Assembly (NCBI RefSeq): GCF_009914755.1
Contig: NC_060947.1
DNA from: the human T2T-CHM13v2.0 reference genome, Homo sapiens
Strand: one strand, 5' to 3'
DNA length: 64,000 bases
Below the pieces are notes generated by a model. The model worked only from the letters and a program-made list of their open reading frames with translations, had not been told where the DNA came from and did not search any database. The position numbers and the translations under genes are program-made. The first letter of the stretch is position 1, and every line of letters starts with the position of its first letter. This document shows, piece after piece, positions 39,553 through 53,479 of the stretch.

Positions 39553-39594
39553 TAGTCCAATAGACATGTCTATTTATACATGTCTATTGGACTA
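39553..39594. repeat. Perfect 17-bp inverted repeat with 8-bp spacer
   Basis: TAGTCCAATAGACATGT (39553-39569) / ACATGTCTATTGGACTA (39578-39594). Confidence 0.95.
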
Positions 39595-40574
39595 GAATAG
39601 CAATTAATTGAGTATAATCTCTGAGACAGAATTACCTTGCTAAAGAATTTTGAAGAAGTGTTATCATTATAAAGAAAATGGCTGGCAAGTTTTCTAAGCA
39701 CCTTTTATGTCATATTTTATCCTTAAGGAAATGTGATACCATGTATGCCACGTGGATGGGACTCAAGAGACAGCAACTGTCTTTCCTTCCTTCCTTCTTT
39801 CTTTCTACCTATTTTTTTGTAATAGTGCTATATGATATGGTTTATGTAATTCAACATGGTTCCTGGGTTACTTGAGCTTTAGTGCAGCACAAGGATTCTC
39901 TATATAAAAGAAAGACAAGCTTCTTATTTTCAGGAACATAGGTTTAGCGAGTGAGCAAATCTGAGCCTGTCTGTAGCCACATCATCCCTCCAAAGGAAAT
40001 AAATGTGCTGATAATGAGAGAGGAGTCACCTCAGAAATGCTCCTTGGAATCAGAGAAGTTCCTTCTTCCTTGCATTTAATTTCTCAAGATACCCCATGAC
40101 AGAGGTGGCCCATGTAGAATAGGAGCTTCAGGGCTTCCCCATCCTCAGGGTCCAATGTTAATAAAAAAGTAAAGAGCCCATCTGATGGAGTGAAGTGTGG
40201 AAGGAGGGGCTACTAAAGGAGAGATCAACTGGAAAATATGGAATCATCCTAGGCTTCCTTGGAAACACAGAGAAAGAGAGAGAAAAGAGAGAAAGAAAAG
40301 TAGAGAGAAAGAGAGGTCTGTAGAATCTAAACATATCAAAGTCTTCTGTGAATAGCACTTTCCAGACAGAAGCATTCTATTCACTCCAGAACCACTACTG
40401 ATATGGAGAGTAGAAGATAGTGGTTCCTATAATCCTCATTGGAATAACTACGTAGGTTTCATACCACAATGTGGCCTCTACTCAGTAAGCCCATAGACTA
40501 TCTGGCTGTAAAAATCTATGCATGAACAACTGTGTAGAAAGCAGTCACAATCAAGGTGCACTGCATTTGCATAT

Positions 40575-40780
40575 CATGTTGCAGCTTCCAGAGCACTGTT
40601 GTCAATGTTGGCTACTCACAACCACCGTTGCTGTAGAAAAGGCAGGAATTATTATCTTCATTTTTAAAATGAAGAAACTGATGCTCAAAGGTGTTTAGTA
40701 CTTGCCAATAGGGTAAGTGGCAAATCTGGGACTAGAACCCAGGTTTTTAACATTTCTGGCACAGCACTCTCTCCACTCTA
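40575..40780 (-). mobile_element. MIR
   Basis: 'ggcaggaattattatcttcatttttaaaatgaagaaactgatgctcaaagg...gtaagtggcaaatctgggactagaacccagg'. Confidence 0.8.
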
Positions 40781-41377
40781 GCCTATTACCTCTCATCACA
40801 CCATACTGGAGTACATTCTCTAACATTTTAATTTCTTTTATTGTTTTTTTCTTATACTAGAGCTTCCTCAATTGTGAGATAAATATCATGATAGGGAACC
40901 ATGGCACAAAATAAGGAGAATATAGGTTTTTAAAAGCATATAGACGTTATAAATTAAAGCAGCATAACTGTTAACTCTCCAGCCTCCATTTTCCAATCAG
41001 TTTAAATTACTTTAATGTATGTTTTTAAATTTAAAATTAGCTGCAATCCCAATATGTAACTGTCTTGATGTTTGGTGAATTGTGCTATGTCACTTCCTTT
41101 TAATTTTCCTCCTTTTGCAGTGTGTCTCACATTCTGGCAAGTGTATCTGGAACTTGGGATGGTCTTCTTATGTCCCATCATTTCAAAAGAGAAATTCTCT
41201 CTTTGTGTATCTTGTAGAATAATTCACATATCATTTGCACATAAATAATTCACTTAAAATTTTTTCCTCAAAGTCTCTTAATGTAATAATTCCTCATAGC
41301 ATACCTAAAACAACATCAAATTACAGTGAAAGCATAGTAACACATTGCGAGCTTTTTCTCATATGGCAAGGTTCTCT

Positions 41378-41421
41378 GCCATCATTTACTCTACCATCAT
41401 TTACTTGCCATCATTTACTTG
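41378..41421. repeat. Three tandem copies of ~14-bp CCATCATTTACT(TG)
   Basis: Direct read. Confidence 0.9.
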
Positions 41422-43766
41422 AGAGATTCAAGGTGATGAGCACACAAGAGGATGACATGAGGACATCTGACTAGAGCTGTTGGGACATCAGAATGATCAC
41501 AAGTTAATTTCCAAAGAAAAGAGAACCTCTCAGCATAGACATTTTCAATCAATAGCCAGGCAACCCAGAAAAAATAATTTGAAGGAAGTTATTTTCCTAT
41601 GTTGGCTCTATAAAAAGATGTATGTTTCAAAGAAACTGGCCTCAAACATGATCACGTTCCTCCTGATCAGAGAAAAATAACTGGGTCTAATTGACAGTTC
41701 CAAAGCATAGAGCAGAGAGGGTATTTTCAAAAAACATGCCTCCGAATCAAAGGGAGGATAAGCAATGTCACTTTGATTTTTCCCTCTTCCTGTCTCCTGC
41801 CAGTGGCAAGCTCATCCTATCACATCCAGCATGCTTTAAAAGGAAACCACTTGAACACAGCACCCATTACTTTGTGATAACCTAAGTCTTCTAGAACAGA
41901 CTTATCTGGATTCTAAGGGATTGAAAAAAGTGGATTCACATGATTTCCACAGTGACATGTCTTCAGCCTACTAGTATATCTTATTGCAAACCAGCCAGGC
42001 TTGGGAGAGAAAAGGGTTTTTTAAAAAAAAGGCAGATGTGAGTGTGCATGTATGTACAGACTGGGTCCTGCTGCTGTAGGAAAGCTGCATGGCAGTCCCC
42101 ACTTCTTGCCAGCACCACTTCTCCCTTTGTTCTTCTGACATGGGAGAATCTGCAGGATGAGTGAGGTTCACATCCTCTGTACATGGACTGCAAATGGACA
42201 GCAAATGGACAAGTTTTCATGTCCAAGATACATGTGACAGATGAGTTGGGCCAGCCAGACACATATTTCTTGTTTTCTCATTTTCACCTCTTACCTCATT
42301 CCTTAGCTTTTTTCCTATTCTAGCACTTGCCAAAATTCAACCTCAGGCACAGATGGTGAGAAAATGATTTTTGCCTACCAAGCCAAAGAAAGTGCCCAAA
42401 TATTAATGGTTATTTATCTAGAAACAGAACCTGAGACTTAGTAAATGGAAGCATGGATTTCCAGCACTAACATCTAAAATTTGGAAGTGTTTTATTCAGT
42501 TGTTATGCATAGAGGTCTTCAGTATGTTGAATATCACTTGTCACCGAGAATGTCAAGTCCAGAGTTAGATTATATGTTGTCTCTGCTAAAAGTGGTTGCC
42601 TCTGTATTCTAATTTACAGCAGTATTCTCTTCTCTGTAGCCCTTACCCACCTCCAAGATTCACAAAGATCCCCAAACAGATACTTTTTTAAAGGATCTGA
42701 ACAACCCTGAGGTTGTCAAATAGCTGCTTCAATGCTCTTTTTATCAAACTTAACGTCTATAGCCTGAAAAAGTCTATGGGAGTACAAGTTTGGTTCTGAT
42801 TACATAATTATGCTACAGAAATATGAAAAAAAAATCATCACTAAAACCCTCCAGGTGCTTAAACAGTTTGATAGACTGTAGCCATTCTGCCATCAGCACC
42901 CCCAGCTGTGTTGCTTAGCAACATTTTAATTCCAGAAGAATCGAAGGAGATGAAATCCCTGTGGAGAAGGAAACAGAAATAAGAGGGCTGTTGACAGATG
43001 ATCTGAGTTGTTTCTTCTAATATACTGTGAAGATCACTAGCTCTTTTCATGAATGATAAATGGACTGTACACAGATCAATGGGTTCAGCACTAAACTGGA
43101 ACCGGGCTCCATGTCTAAGGCAATGCAGGCCGAGAGGCCCAGAGATTTCCTCATTTCTATGATTTGGTGTATATTTTCTTAAAGGTTCCACAGGAGGAAA
43201 TTGATCTGAGTATTCAGTCATTCCTTGCCCTTCTGTGGTGTCGGCTAATAAAAATGATTTTAGAAAGGGACACTCGACTTTCTATCATGGTGGAAGTATG
43301 GCCAGATGTCAGTAGTAGTGCTAGGGTGAGCAGTTCCCTACCACAAATCTAAAAATCCAGGATATGCCCATGACCATTCCGTCTGCATCTGTTTCCCTAA
43401 CCTGTCGTTACAACCCAAGCAGGTCCAAACACGGTAAGATTAGAGTGAAAGGTGGGAAGAGAGGGACCCTAGTTATGCACCCAGAAGTCCACTTTTATGG
43501 TCCCTGATGAACTTTCTAGGCAGCCCTCACAATATCCACCTCACAATTTCCACCTGTATTGGAAAGCTGCACTTGGACAGGTAACCATGTTTCCCAGGAG
43601 AAGAAAATTGCTTTCTGAGTCTCCAGTCTGCTTATCTACAGCACCCTGTTTCGGTTAGCTCCTTATGTTTCTGAAGAGCATTTTATATTGCTTATTGTTT
43701 TGGTAGCTAGTTGCAATGATTATGCCTGCTAATATTGTCTAATTGCATTTTTTCTTCTGTTTACAG

Positions 43767-43804
43767 GCTGTTGAAAAGGCAAAACCTAGGAATAATCCTG
43801 TGAA
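43767..43804 (+). other. Candidate 38-nt internal exon (gene unidentified)
   Basis: Branch-like CTAAT, polypyrimidine 'ttttttcttctgtttacAG', exon, then donor AA|GTAAGT; non-repetitive context. Confidence 0.5.
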
Positions 43805-45799
43805 GTAAGTTATTATTTTTATTAGTTGCAAATGTTAATTTTAACGGACTCGATGCATGTGAAAAAATAAGGTCATAAAAGAGACCTTGGATTTTGAGTT
43901 AATCTCTATTCATGACAATTTAAAGACAAAAACAAAACAAGCCAAAAAAATCCTCCAATGAGCAGGGACCAGCTTATATTTTTCCCTGTGCTCCTGATGA
44001 AGAAATGCCCCAAGTTGTACCCAGTTTACATAAATTAATATGTGCAATCCATGAATAGCTGCCAAATACGATTATAATCATATTCAATACATAGTACTTC
44101 AAGCCTTTGGGTTTTGCACATGCTAAAAAGATTACATTTTTAATTGCAAACCTTGGACCTATGACAGAGACATAAATGACTGAAAGTGTGCCAAGTGATT
44201 TCCAGCCACGTGGGGAGGTTTGGCACCTTGGCATCAAGGCCTCAATACTCTGTTAATGAAAAGCTCATAAAATATACTTAACTAAAGGCTTTTCTTTTTT
44301 GTTTTAGCTAACAGAAAGCAATTCCCAAGGCATTTTATGAGATACTCTTAAATCATAAACAAGCTACACAGACCTCCTTTAAATATAGTACATCTTAGAC
44401 ATCCTGTCTCTTCCAGAAGGGAGACTTTCAAATTAAGAAGGATGGCTGTCTTGTCATTTGGTTTGTAACATCTGATTGCAGTGTTACAATGCATGCTAGT
44501 CCTGCCAGCTCTGTGGCTGAGGGAGGACTTTCTCTATTTGCTGGGCTATTATAGGTCTGGTAATATCACATCTCGAGGAACTATGTGTTAATTTATTTTG
44601 GCTGACTTCCTTTATAGTTGGTACCAAATACAGAAATGGAGAGTACATAGATTTTTAAGTTTCTGGGAGAATGGATCAGCTAATGCCAACAAGAAATGTT
44701 TTTGTTTTGTATAATAAAATAACTAAATTTCCAGAGCACCAGGGTAGCATTTAGCATACCATTAAATCCAAGCCCTAGTACGTTTTTCCAAAAGGTGTTG
44801 TGTACTTTGCTTTTAAGTTTCATTTTTCTTAGGCCAAAGAATATTCCCTATCAGGCTCTGTAACATCTAGAGGGGCATCCGTAGTCTGGAGATATATTAT
44901 GTTGTAGTCTTATGGAAGTATTTGTAGTAGCTGAGGTTTTGTCAGGTCGTGCAGTTGGGGGTTGAAATCTTCTCTGCAGCCTGATTTCTTTTCCGTCTGA
45001 ATGCCCTAAAGGCTCCTCCACTGTGAGCCTGTGGCTGGCAAGCTCGGAGAATTAGAGGATGGTGCTAATGAGGCCAGGGTCAGGGCTTTTGTCCCTGGGT
45101 GGGCGATTAGTGATCTTCTTTCCTGCAGTTCAACTGCACTCCTCCCTTCAGTCCGCCTGCATGCAGATGTGTGCCCCAGGTCATAAGGAGTGGGGCTAGG
45201 GCTGGAGGAATGTAAATCAAGGCCCTCAATGGCAAATGTCTCCAAGCTCCAGCCCTCCCAATAGGAAGTGATTCCCAAGTTGCATTTTTGCATGCATGGA
45301 ATAGCCCATTGGCAGTGTTTGGGGTTGCATTTAATTCTATTCTAATGGCCTAGAAGCAGGACCTGTTTTCTCTTTGCTCCTTGTGAGAATTTGACCCTAC
45401 AGTAATTGTATTTTTATGAGTTCTTATTAATTCACAGTGCACACTCTATCTAATGTCTAGCGTTTTGAGGAATGTTATAAAAAGAAGGAACAGAAACTAG
45501 AAGAGTCAAAGGATTATTGAGCTTTGTGCTTTAAATATATTTGAAAATCTGCTTAGTAATAAACCTAAGTCATAACCAACTGGTAGGTGTTTAGAATTGT
45601 CTTCTAATTAAGTAAGATACTGTTCTCAGAATGAGTTTGGGTTCATGATACCAAACTCAGCACTTGAAGAAGGAGACTTCCTCAAGACCTCAGCTCAGAA
45701 ACAAAAACTCCACAGCAGGGTTCAGTTGCTCTGCCTGACAGGAGAACAGAGTCAAAGTTTTTAAAAAGTTTTATACATAGTGGTCCTTTTGCCATTTCT

Positions 45800-45880
45800 G
45801 ATGACATCAAAGGCATCCCTCTTGAGGAAATCTCAACTGCACAACCCTACTATGCCCCCAGTTCAGCAGGAAGCAGTTAG
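45800..45880 (+). pseudogene. HERV-W env (syncytin-1-like) C-terminal remnant
   Basis: Translates DDIKGIPLEEISTAQPYYAPSSAGSS* (TAG 45878-45880), matching the recalled HERV-W Env tail NDIKGTPPEEISAAQPLLRPNSAGSS*; followed by 3' untranslated sequence and polypurine tract GAGAGGGGGAC (45927-45937). Confidence 0.88.
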
Positions 45881-45937
45881 AGCAGTTGTTGGCCAACCTC
45901 CCCAACAGCACTTGGGTTTTCCCATTGAGAGGGGGAC

Positions 45938-46699
<762 letters not shown>

Positions 46700-46945
46700 C
46701 TAGAGAATTTCAGTTACACACAATGCACTGGAACTCCAAATAGAGTAAAGGTTCAATACAAGTTTACGGAATGAATAAGTAAACAAATTGGACATATCCC
46801 AGAAAACAGGGATTCTTCCAGGAAAATAGGTTTCTTCCAGGAACCTAGCCTGCAGGCTTGATAAGGCTGGTGGCTCTCTTCTAGTAGAGTGTCACCATCA
46901 TGTTAAAAGAACATGTGTATTGTAACTAACCAAGTGGTCCAGTCC

Positions 46946-48034
46946 TGTCGGGCGAAATTCACCCCTGATATTTCACGTAGGTTCTTTTCTGTTTTCCCTA
47001 AGTGTCAGCTGGTCTGAGACATAAAGGGAAAGAGTACAAAAGAGAGAAGTTTTAAAGCTGGGTGTCCGGGGGGGACATCACATGTCAACAGGTTCTGTGA
47101 TGCCCCCCAAGCCGCAAAACCAGCAAGTTTTTATTAGTGATTTTCAAAAGGGGAGGGAGTGTACGAATAGAGTGTGGGTGACAGAGATCACATGCTTCAC
47201 AAGGTAATAGAATATCACAAGGCAAATGGAGGCAGGGCGAGATCACAGGACCACAGGACCGGGGCAAAATTAAAATTGCTAATGAAGTTTCGGGCACGCA
47301 TTGTCATTGATAACATCTTATCAGGAGACAGGGTTTGAGAGCAGACAACCAGTCTGACCAAAATTTATTAGGCGGGAATTTCCTCGTCCTAATAAGCCTG
47401 GGAGCGCTATGGGAGACTGGGCCTTATTTCATCCCACAGCTGCAACCGTAAAAGATAGCCACCCCCAAAGCGACCATTTCAGAGGCCTCCCCTCAAGGAC
47501 GCATTCTCTTTCTCGGGGATGTCCCTTGCTGAGAAAAAGAATTCAGCAATATTTCTCCCATTTGCTTTTGAAAGAAGAGAAATATGGCTCTGTTCCGCCC
47601 GGCTCACCAGCGGTCAGAGTTTAAGGTTATCTCTCTTGTTCCCTGAACATTGCTATTATCCTGTTCTTTTTTCAAGGTGCCCAGATTTCATATTGTTCAA
47701 ACACACATGCTCTACAAACAATTTGTGCAGTTAAGGCAATCATTACAGGGTCCTGAGGCGACATACATCCTCCTCAGCTTTCGAAGATGATGGGATTAAG
47801 AGATTAAAGTAAAGACAGGCATAGGAAATCATAAGGGTATTGATTGGGGAAGTGATAAGTGTCCATGAAGTCTTCACAATTTATATTCAGAGATTGCAGT
47901 AAAGACAGGCGTAAGAAATTATAAAAGTATTAATTTGGGGAACAAATAAATGTCCATGAAATCTTCACAATTTATGTTCTTCTACCATGGCTTCGGCCGG
48001 TCCCTCCATTCGGGGTCCCTGACTTCCCGCAACA
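46946..48034 (-). mobile_element. MER11 (MER11A-like) solo LTR of HERV-K11/HML-8 with 6-bp TSD
   Basis: Minus strand begins TGTTGCGGGAAGTCAGGGACCCC; TG...CA ends; CAGTCC duplicated at 46940-46945 and 48035-48040; minus-strand AATAAA at 47130-47135; internal tandem block at 47810-47975; 1089 bp. Confidence 0.95.
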
Positions 48035-48299
48035 CAGTCCCTGTTATTCTTGACTCATGCCACATGTAAAAATGTTCCTCCATTGCTCTGGTTCTTTCTA
48101 GCTGTTCTTTTTCTGACCAGTTCCTTGTTTGATCTCATATCAAGAAATAACATTTGATTGTCTTTTTGAGCATACAATGAAAATTGTGTACAGTTTTACT
48201 GGAAAACAGAGGCCCAGCGGCATCATTTACAACTCAAGTATGAACACAAATTGGTAAATATGAACATGTGTGTGGTTTCATATAGCCCTTTGGTGTAGA

Positions 48300-48551
48300 A
48301 TTTGGCAAATGGTTGAAAAAAATAAAAAGAAGAACATTTCTTGACATGTGAAAATTATATGAAATTCAAATTTCAGTAAGCATAAATAAAGTTTTATTGG
48401 AACACAGCCACACTCATTCATTTCCATATTGTCTGTGGCTGCTTTTGTGCTACAATGGCAGAGTTGAGTAGTTGTGACATAAAATGTATGTAGCCTACAA
48501 AGCTGTACATTTTTACCATCTGGCCCCTTATAGAAAGTTTGTGGACTCCTG
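48300..48551 (-). mobile_element. MER58B-like fragment
   Basis: 'ataaataaagttttattggaacacagccacactcattc...gtggctgcttttgtgctacaatggcagagttgagtagttgtgac...aaagtttgtggactcctg'. Confidence 0.85.
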
Positions 48552-49844
48552 CTCTAGTTGGTGAGGCAGAAAAAAGCATTAAGCTTTTTTGTGATGCTGA
48601 AGGTTAAACTATCAATCCTTTCTCCTTTGGCCTTTAAAACAGTGAGTTTTAATGAGCCCTTATTGTGTGTTTAGGACTTTCTAGGGTTGATGTGCCACTT
48701 AATTCTCATTCAGAGCAAACAGATTCGCTCTTCACTCACTACCTTTGAAAATCATATGGATATGAGATCCATTGACAGGGCATTGATGCCTCAGAAACAA
48801 ATGAACACATAGAACACATATCTAGGGCATACTGCTAGCCTTCCAAATTGTGTGTAGATGGATTTATTGCAAAGGGCATATTAATTTTCTAAAATTCTGT
48901 CACTTCCACATCTAACTAAGGCTAAATTAGCTTTCAGTTATGGTGCTGGTAAATAAACTTATTAGTGTATGGCTAATAAGTTTCTAAAAGTTTTGCCTCC
49001 CTCCCCTATTTCTTAACCACTCTTTCAATTTATTTTTAATACTTTCATGGTTGTAAGCTGCTTCTTTCATTGCCATAGGGAGACTGTGATATACAGTAAT
49101 TATGCTCCATATAAAAAAGAAATTAAGTATATGCCTAGTGAATGTAAGCACATAATGTACCTGGATACACTAATGCCATTTCCTTGAAACATTAAATATT
49201 ACCTCTGAGGGTAAGACTCAAACATGAGTGTTCTTAAGATCACTGATCAGGACAAGGGAAACCTGGTCTATTTCTCACTATACTGGAACCATACTGTTAT
49301 CAGAGCTTGATTAGTATGTTCAAATTATGGCTCTTTAATGTGTCAGAAAGACTTTCACTTGTATTTTAATGCTCTGCAGCAGTCATCTCCAAGATTTCAT
49401 TGTGACAGCAAGGCCTGAGAGATGTACAGATTTCTTTCACCATATGTGACTTATCACATACATTTTTTTCAAAAACACATTTCTGTTATTAAGACATATG
49501 TGATAGTACATTTCTGAAAATGTGAATTGCTTTTGGCTAAAAGCCATGCACTAATAAGTTGAGTTGAATCTAACCAAGGTTGACATCTGTTACCAAAAGA
49601 GAGAGAGAAAGAAACAGAGAGAGAGAGAGAGCATGCACACACTGTTGTCAAGCATAAAATTCTTCCCTGCTTTTACACTTTAACAACATTAAACAATGTG
49701 ATGATTGTCTTTCACAATTCAGGATCAGAATCCACTCTGCGTAGGAAATTACGTTTTTTTAGGACCTGATTCATCATAGATATGGTGCTTTCATTAGTGA
49801 AAATGACAAATAGCCACAAAAATTTTCCTGACTATGATATTTGC

Positions 49845-50010
49845 ACATTATTCATTTATTCATCTGATGAATATTTATTTAGGTTCTACAACATTCTGGG
49901 AACTGTGATAGGTGCTGAGGAAATTAAAAGTAAATCTGACACAGGTCCTACCCTTGAGGAGTTTAGAGTCTAGCAGAAAAGATAAAATCGGTTTGTAAAA
50001 AATTAAATAC
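49845..50010 (-). mobile_element. L2 3' end
   Basis: 'cattattcatttattcatc...aatatttatt...gtgataggtgctgagg...ggtcctacccttgaggagtttagagtctag'. Confidence 0.8.
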
Positions 50011-50621
50011 AAGATATATGGGGAGAGAAATGTTTGTTAAGTGGGGAACAGATAAAGTACAGGGAGGCTCTAAGAACAAAAAATGCTTCTAGTTAACACT
50101 GTCAAAGATGGAAGGGACAATGGGGGAGGAGAAAACATTTGCACCAGGATTTTAAGGACTGCTGGTTTGCGACACTGGTGCTGAGGTATGGCAAGGGAAA
50201 GCAAGGAGCCCAGGATGCCTGATGGGGTGCAGGCAGTGAAATACCAGGTTGGAAACCAAGGCTGAGTAGAAATGGTAGCTTAGGGCCCTCAGAGCTCACC
50301 CAGATGAAAGAGATTCACATGGTAGAGTCAAATGGCATTAAAGAGCTCTTCACTTGGTACTAAATGTGAATTATCCATCAGTCCCCTAATTATTAAACAC
50401 AAAGGGTTGATAGACCTGGGTTCTAGTCTTGAATCTGATATTAGTTTGTAGTATGAAATTGCATGCGTCAACTCCTTGTTATAGGCCTCAGCTAGATTAT
50501 TTACATGGACATTCCACTTCTTTAAAAAAGTCAAAGCCTGGAAATCTGTTTTATGATTATACTCATTTTAGAACAATATTAACCCTGTTAGTTCGATGTA
50601 GATTCATGCATGCACATAAAT

Positions 50622-50716
50622 TATATATATATATATATATGTGTATGTGTGTGTGTGTGTGTTTATGTGTGTATAATGCATCTGTATTTAACTCCACACA
50701 CACACGTGCACACACA
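50622..50716. repeat. Compound (TA)n/(TG)n/(CA)n microsatellite
   Basis: Direct read. Confidence 0.9.
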
Positions 50717-51286
50717 TAATGCCTTTCCCCACCATTTTTACCTTTTACATTTGTGGAATAAAGGACAAGAAGACACATCATTAGAGTTTAAAAAAGATAT
50801 CTTAGGTAGAAAATAAGTGTGGCTCCAAAGACACTTGGTAAAGCCTTTGAAATGGCCCCCGAGGACCAAAGGTAATTTTGCATTTGGAGTCCATATCTCT
50901 TGTGATGTTCTTGTATACATGCACATCACAGACATGCAGAATGTCAGTCAGTTAAGTCACCATTCTGAATAAGGCAGTGGAATCTGATTTGTGTTCTGCC
51001 AGACAAGTTTTGTGGGATTTTCTCCTTGAGAATAAAAGGCTCCAGCACCAAGAAGTTTTGGCATCTTCTATCATATCCCTTCCCTGGAGCATCACTGTGC
51101 ACATTCACATAATGTAGGCTCAAAGAAGGAGTTCTGTTTAGCTTTGTCTTACCTAAGGATTCCCAAATGTGTTTGACCAGAGGATATCTTTGTCTGGCAG
51201 GGCAAATGTTTCATGAAACACAAAATCGAGTGTTGTTGCTAACAATAAAGTGGCTTCATTCCATTTAAAAATCTTTAATTCCACAT

Positions 51287-52181
51287 TTGTTGGCAAGGTC
51301 ACAGAGAAAAGGGACACTTGTACACCGCTGGTGGGAGTGTAAATTAGTTCAGCCGTTGTGGATAGTAATGTGGCAAATCCTCAAAGAACTTAAAACAGAA
51401 TTACTATTCGGCCCAACAATCCCATTTTTGGATATGTACCCAAAGGAATATAAATCATTCTACCGTAGAGATATATGCACGTGTATGTTCATTGCAGCAC
51501 TATTGACAATAGCAAATACATGGAATCAACCTAAATCCCCATCCATGGAAGACTGGGTAAAGAAAATATGGTGTATATACACCGTGGAATACTATGCAGC
51601 CATAAAAATGAATGAAATTATGTAGTTTGCAACAACATGGACAGAGCTGGAGGCCATTATCCTAAGCAAAGTAATGCAGGAACAGAAAACCAAATACTGC
51701 ATTATTTTTTAAAATTTTACTTTAAGTTCTGGTATACATGTGCAGAACATGCAGGTTTGTTACATAGGTATACGTGTGCCGTGGTCATTTGCTGCGCATA
51801 TTGACCCATCCTCTAGGTTCCCTCCCCTAGCCCTCCACCCCCCCATCAGGCCCTGGTGTGTGTGTTCCCCTCCCTGTGTCCACGTGTTCTCATTGTTCAA
51901 CTCCCACTTATGAGTGAGAACATAAATACTGCATATTTTTAGTGGGAGCTAAACAATGAGAACAATGGACACTACGAAAGGAACAACAGACAACTGGGCC
52001 TATCTCAGGGTGGAGGGTGGGAAGAGGGAGAGGATTAGAAATAAATACCTACCAGATACTATGCTTATTACCTGAGTGATGAAATAATCTATAAATCCAA
52101 CCCCCATTACATGCAGTTTACCTATATAACAAACCTACACATGTACCCCTGAACCTAAAATAAAAGTTTTCTAAAAAAAGA
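51287..52181 (+). mobile_element. L1PA15/16-like 5'-truncated LINE-1 (ORF2 C-terminus + 3'UTR)
   Basis: ORF 51287-51625 gives decayed ORF2 C-terminus (HRWWECKLVQPLW...MFIAALLTIANTWNQPK...YYAAIK); 3' end 'acaaacctacacatgtacccctgaacctaaaataaaagtt' plus A-tail. Confidence 0.92.
51703..51923 (-). mobile_element. Younger L1PA (L1PA8-like) 3'-end insertion, antisense, with TSD
   Basis: 'ttttactttaagttctggtatacatgtgcagaacatgcaggtttgttacatagg...cattgttcaactcccacttatgagtgagaacat' flanked by AAATACTGCAT at 51692-51702 and 51924-51934. Confidence 0.92.
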
Positions 52182-53479
52182 AAATGAATTGACTGTAAAT
52201 GCTTAGATTTATTTCTGGATTCTCTATTCTGTGCCATTCTTCTGTGTGGCTCCTATGTCTCTTTTACAGTGTGACACTGTAAGTTGTTTTTATGGATTGT
52301 AAATGCCCTGAGACACAGTCCTCAATGAAGGTATAGGAAATTTTGGGGTGGGTCCCACCGAGTGAGATACATGAAGCTAAGTAGTCCCCAGTGTGCTTCA
52401 TCAGATCAGTGGGCAAAATGCCCAGTCCACTCATTTCAAGATAATGAGGCACCCTCAACAATGTGCTTCCTACATCCTCCCCAAACCTCTAGTCAATCTC
52501 TAACTGGCTCTCGCCAATTTAAGGACAATTAATGGAGAGATACCAATAACATCTCTCTCTAAATAGCTGCATAAAATAAATTGGGCTCTTAATGTTGTTC
52601 AGATAGACACAGTTGGATGCAACAGGTTCCAGCAATCATCCTCACAGCTAATGAAATTTGCACAAATGTCTGAACACCTTCCTTTTCATTGGTATTTGGA
52701 TTTGTACCATCTAGGCAATCTCAGATGAGAAAACTGAGACCCAAAGAGCAAACTGCCCAGAACCCCAAGTTTCCAGGAACTCTACAGTTTTTACCAACTC
52801 CCTCTCAGGACACACATGTCCACTTTCCATGCCTAGAAATGTGTTATTGGTTTTTTCAGTTGTATTATGTAACTTTATTTAACAATTTATTTTCTTAGAA
52901 CATGACACCAAATGTGTCAAAAATTAATGAATCATCAGATTTGCAGGTTCTTTAACAATTATGCCAACTTCAATTATATTAAATTTATATCTGTAAGGAT
53001 AAGTTTCTTCAAAACTTCAAACACATTAGTTGCCAAATTACCATCACTCATCTTTCCAAAAGTTTTATGAGAACCTTTTCTCTTTAGGTGTTAAATTAAT
53101 ACCCTAATAACCATAGGGATAAAATAGAAACAAAAAGCACCCATTTATTGGTGAATCTGATGGACCTCAACTAAGCCAGCAAATGTGGAATTAAACCATT
53201 TTAAAGGGAACTAAACCATGTTATTTTTAGTATCAACATTCATAAAATACTTCCTGGTCCACGTGTTAGTTTCTAACTCTGTCCTTCTTAGTGTTTGCTG
53301 TTTAGACAAGAATGGACAACGCTGTTTAATCTGCCCACATAAGTCAGCTCAGTTTTGGGTACATAAGAGTTACACCTAGAATTTTATTTCAATATTGCCG
53401 TGTAGTGATCTTTCAGTAAACTGTCAAAAATGTAGAGTCACATAGCTAACCTGCTAGAATTCAAGCAAGCCACACATTT

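Noticed and set aside
41378-41421. Short tandem repeats (also near 25598, 29783, 36677, 42190) as CRISPR-like or functional arrays
   Set aside because: Two to three adjacent units with no spacers; ordinary slippage duplications in eukaryotic DNA.
47810-47975. Internal tandem repeat that could be mistaken for a novel array
   Set aside because: It is the normal internal duplication of the MER11 LTR U3 region.
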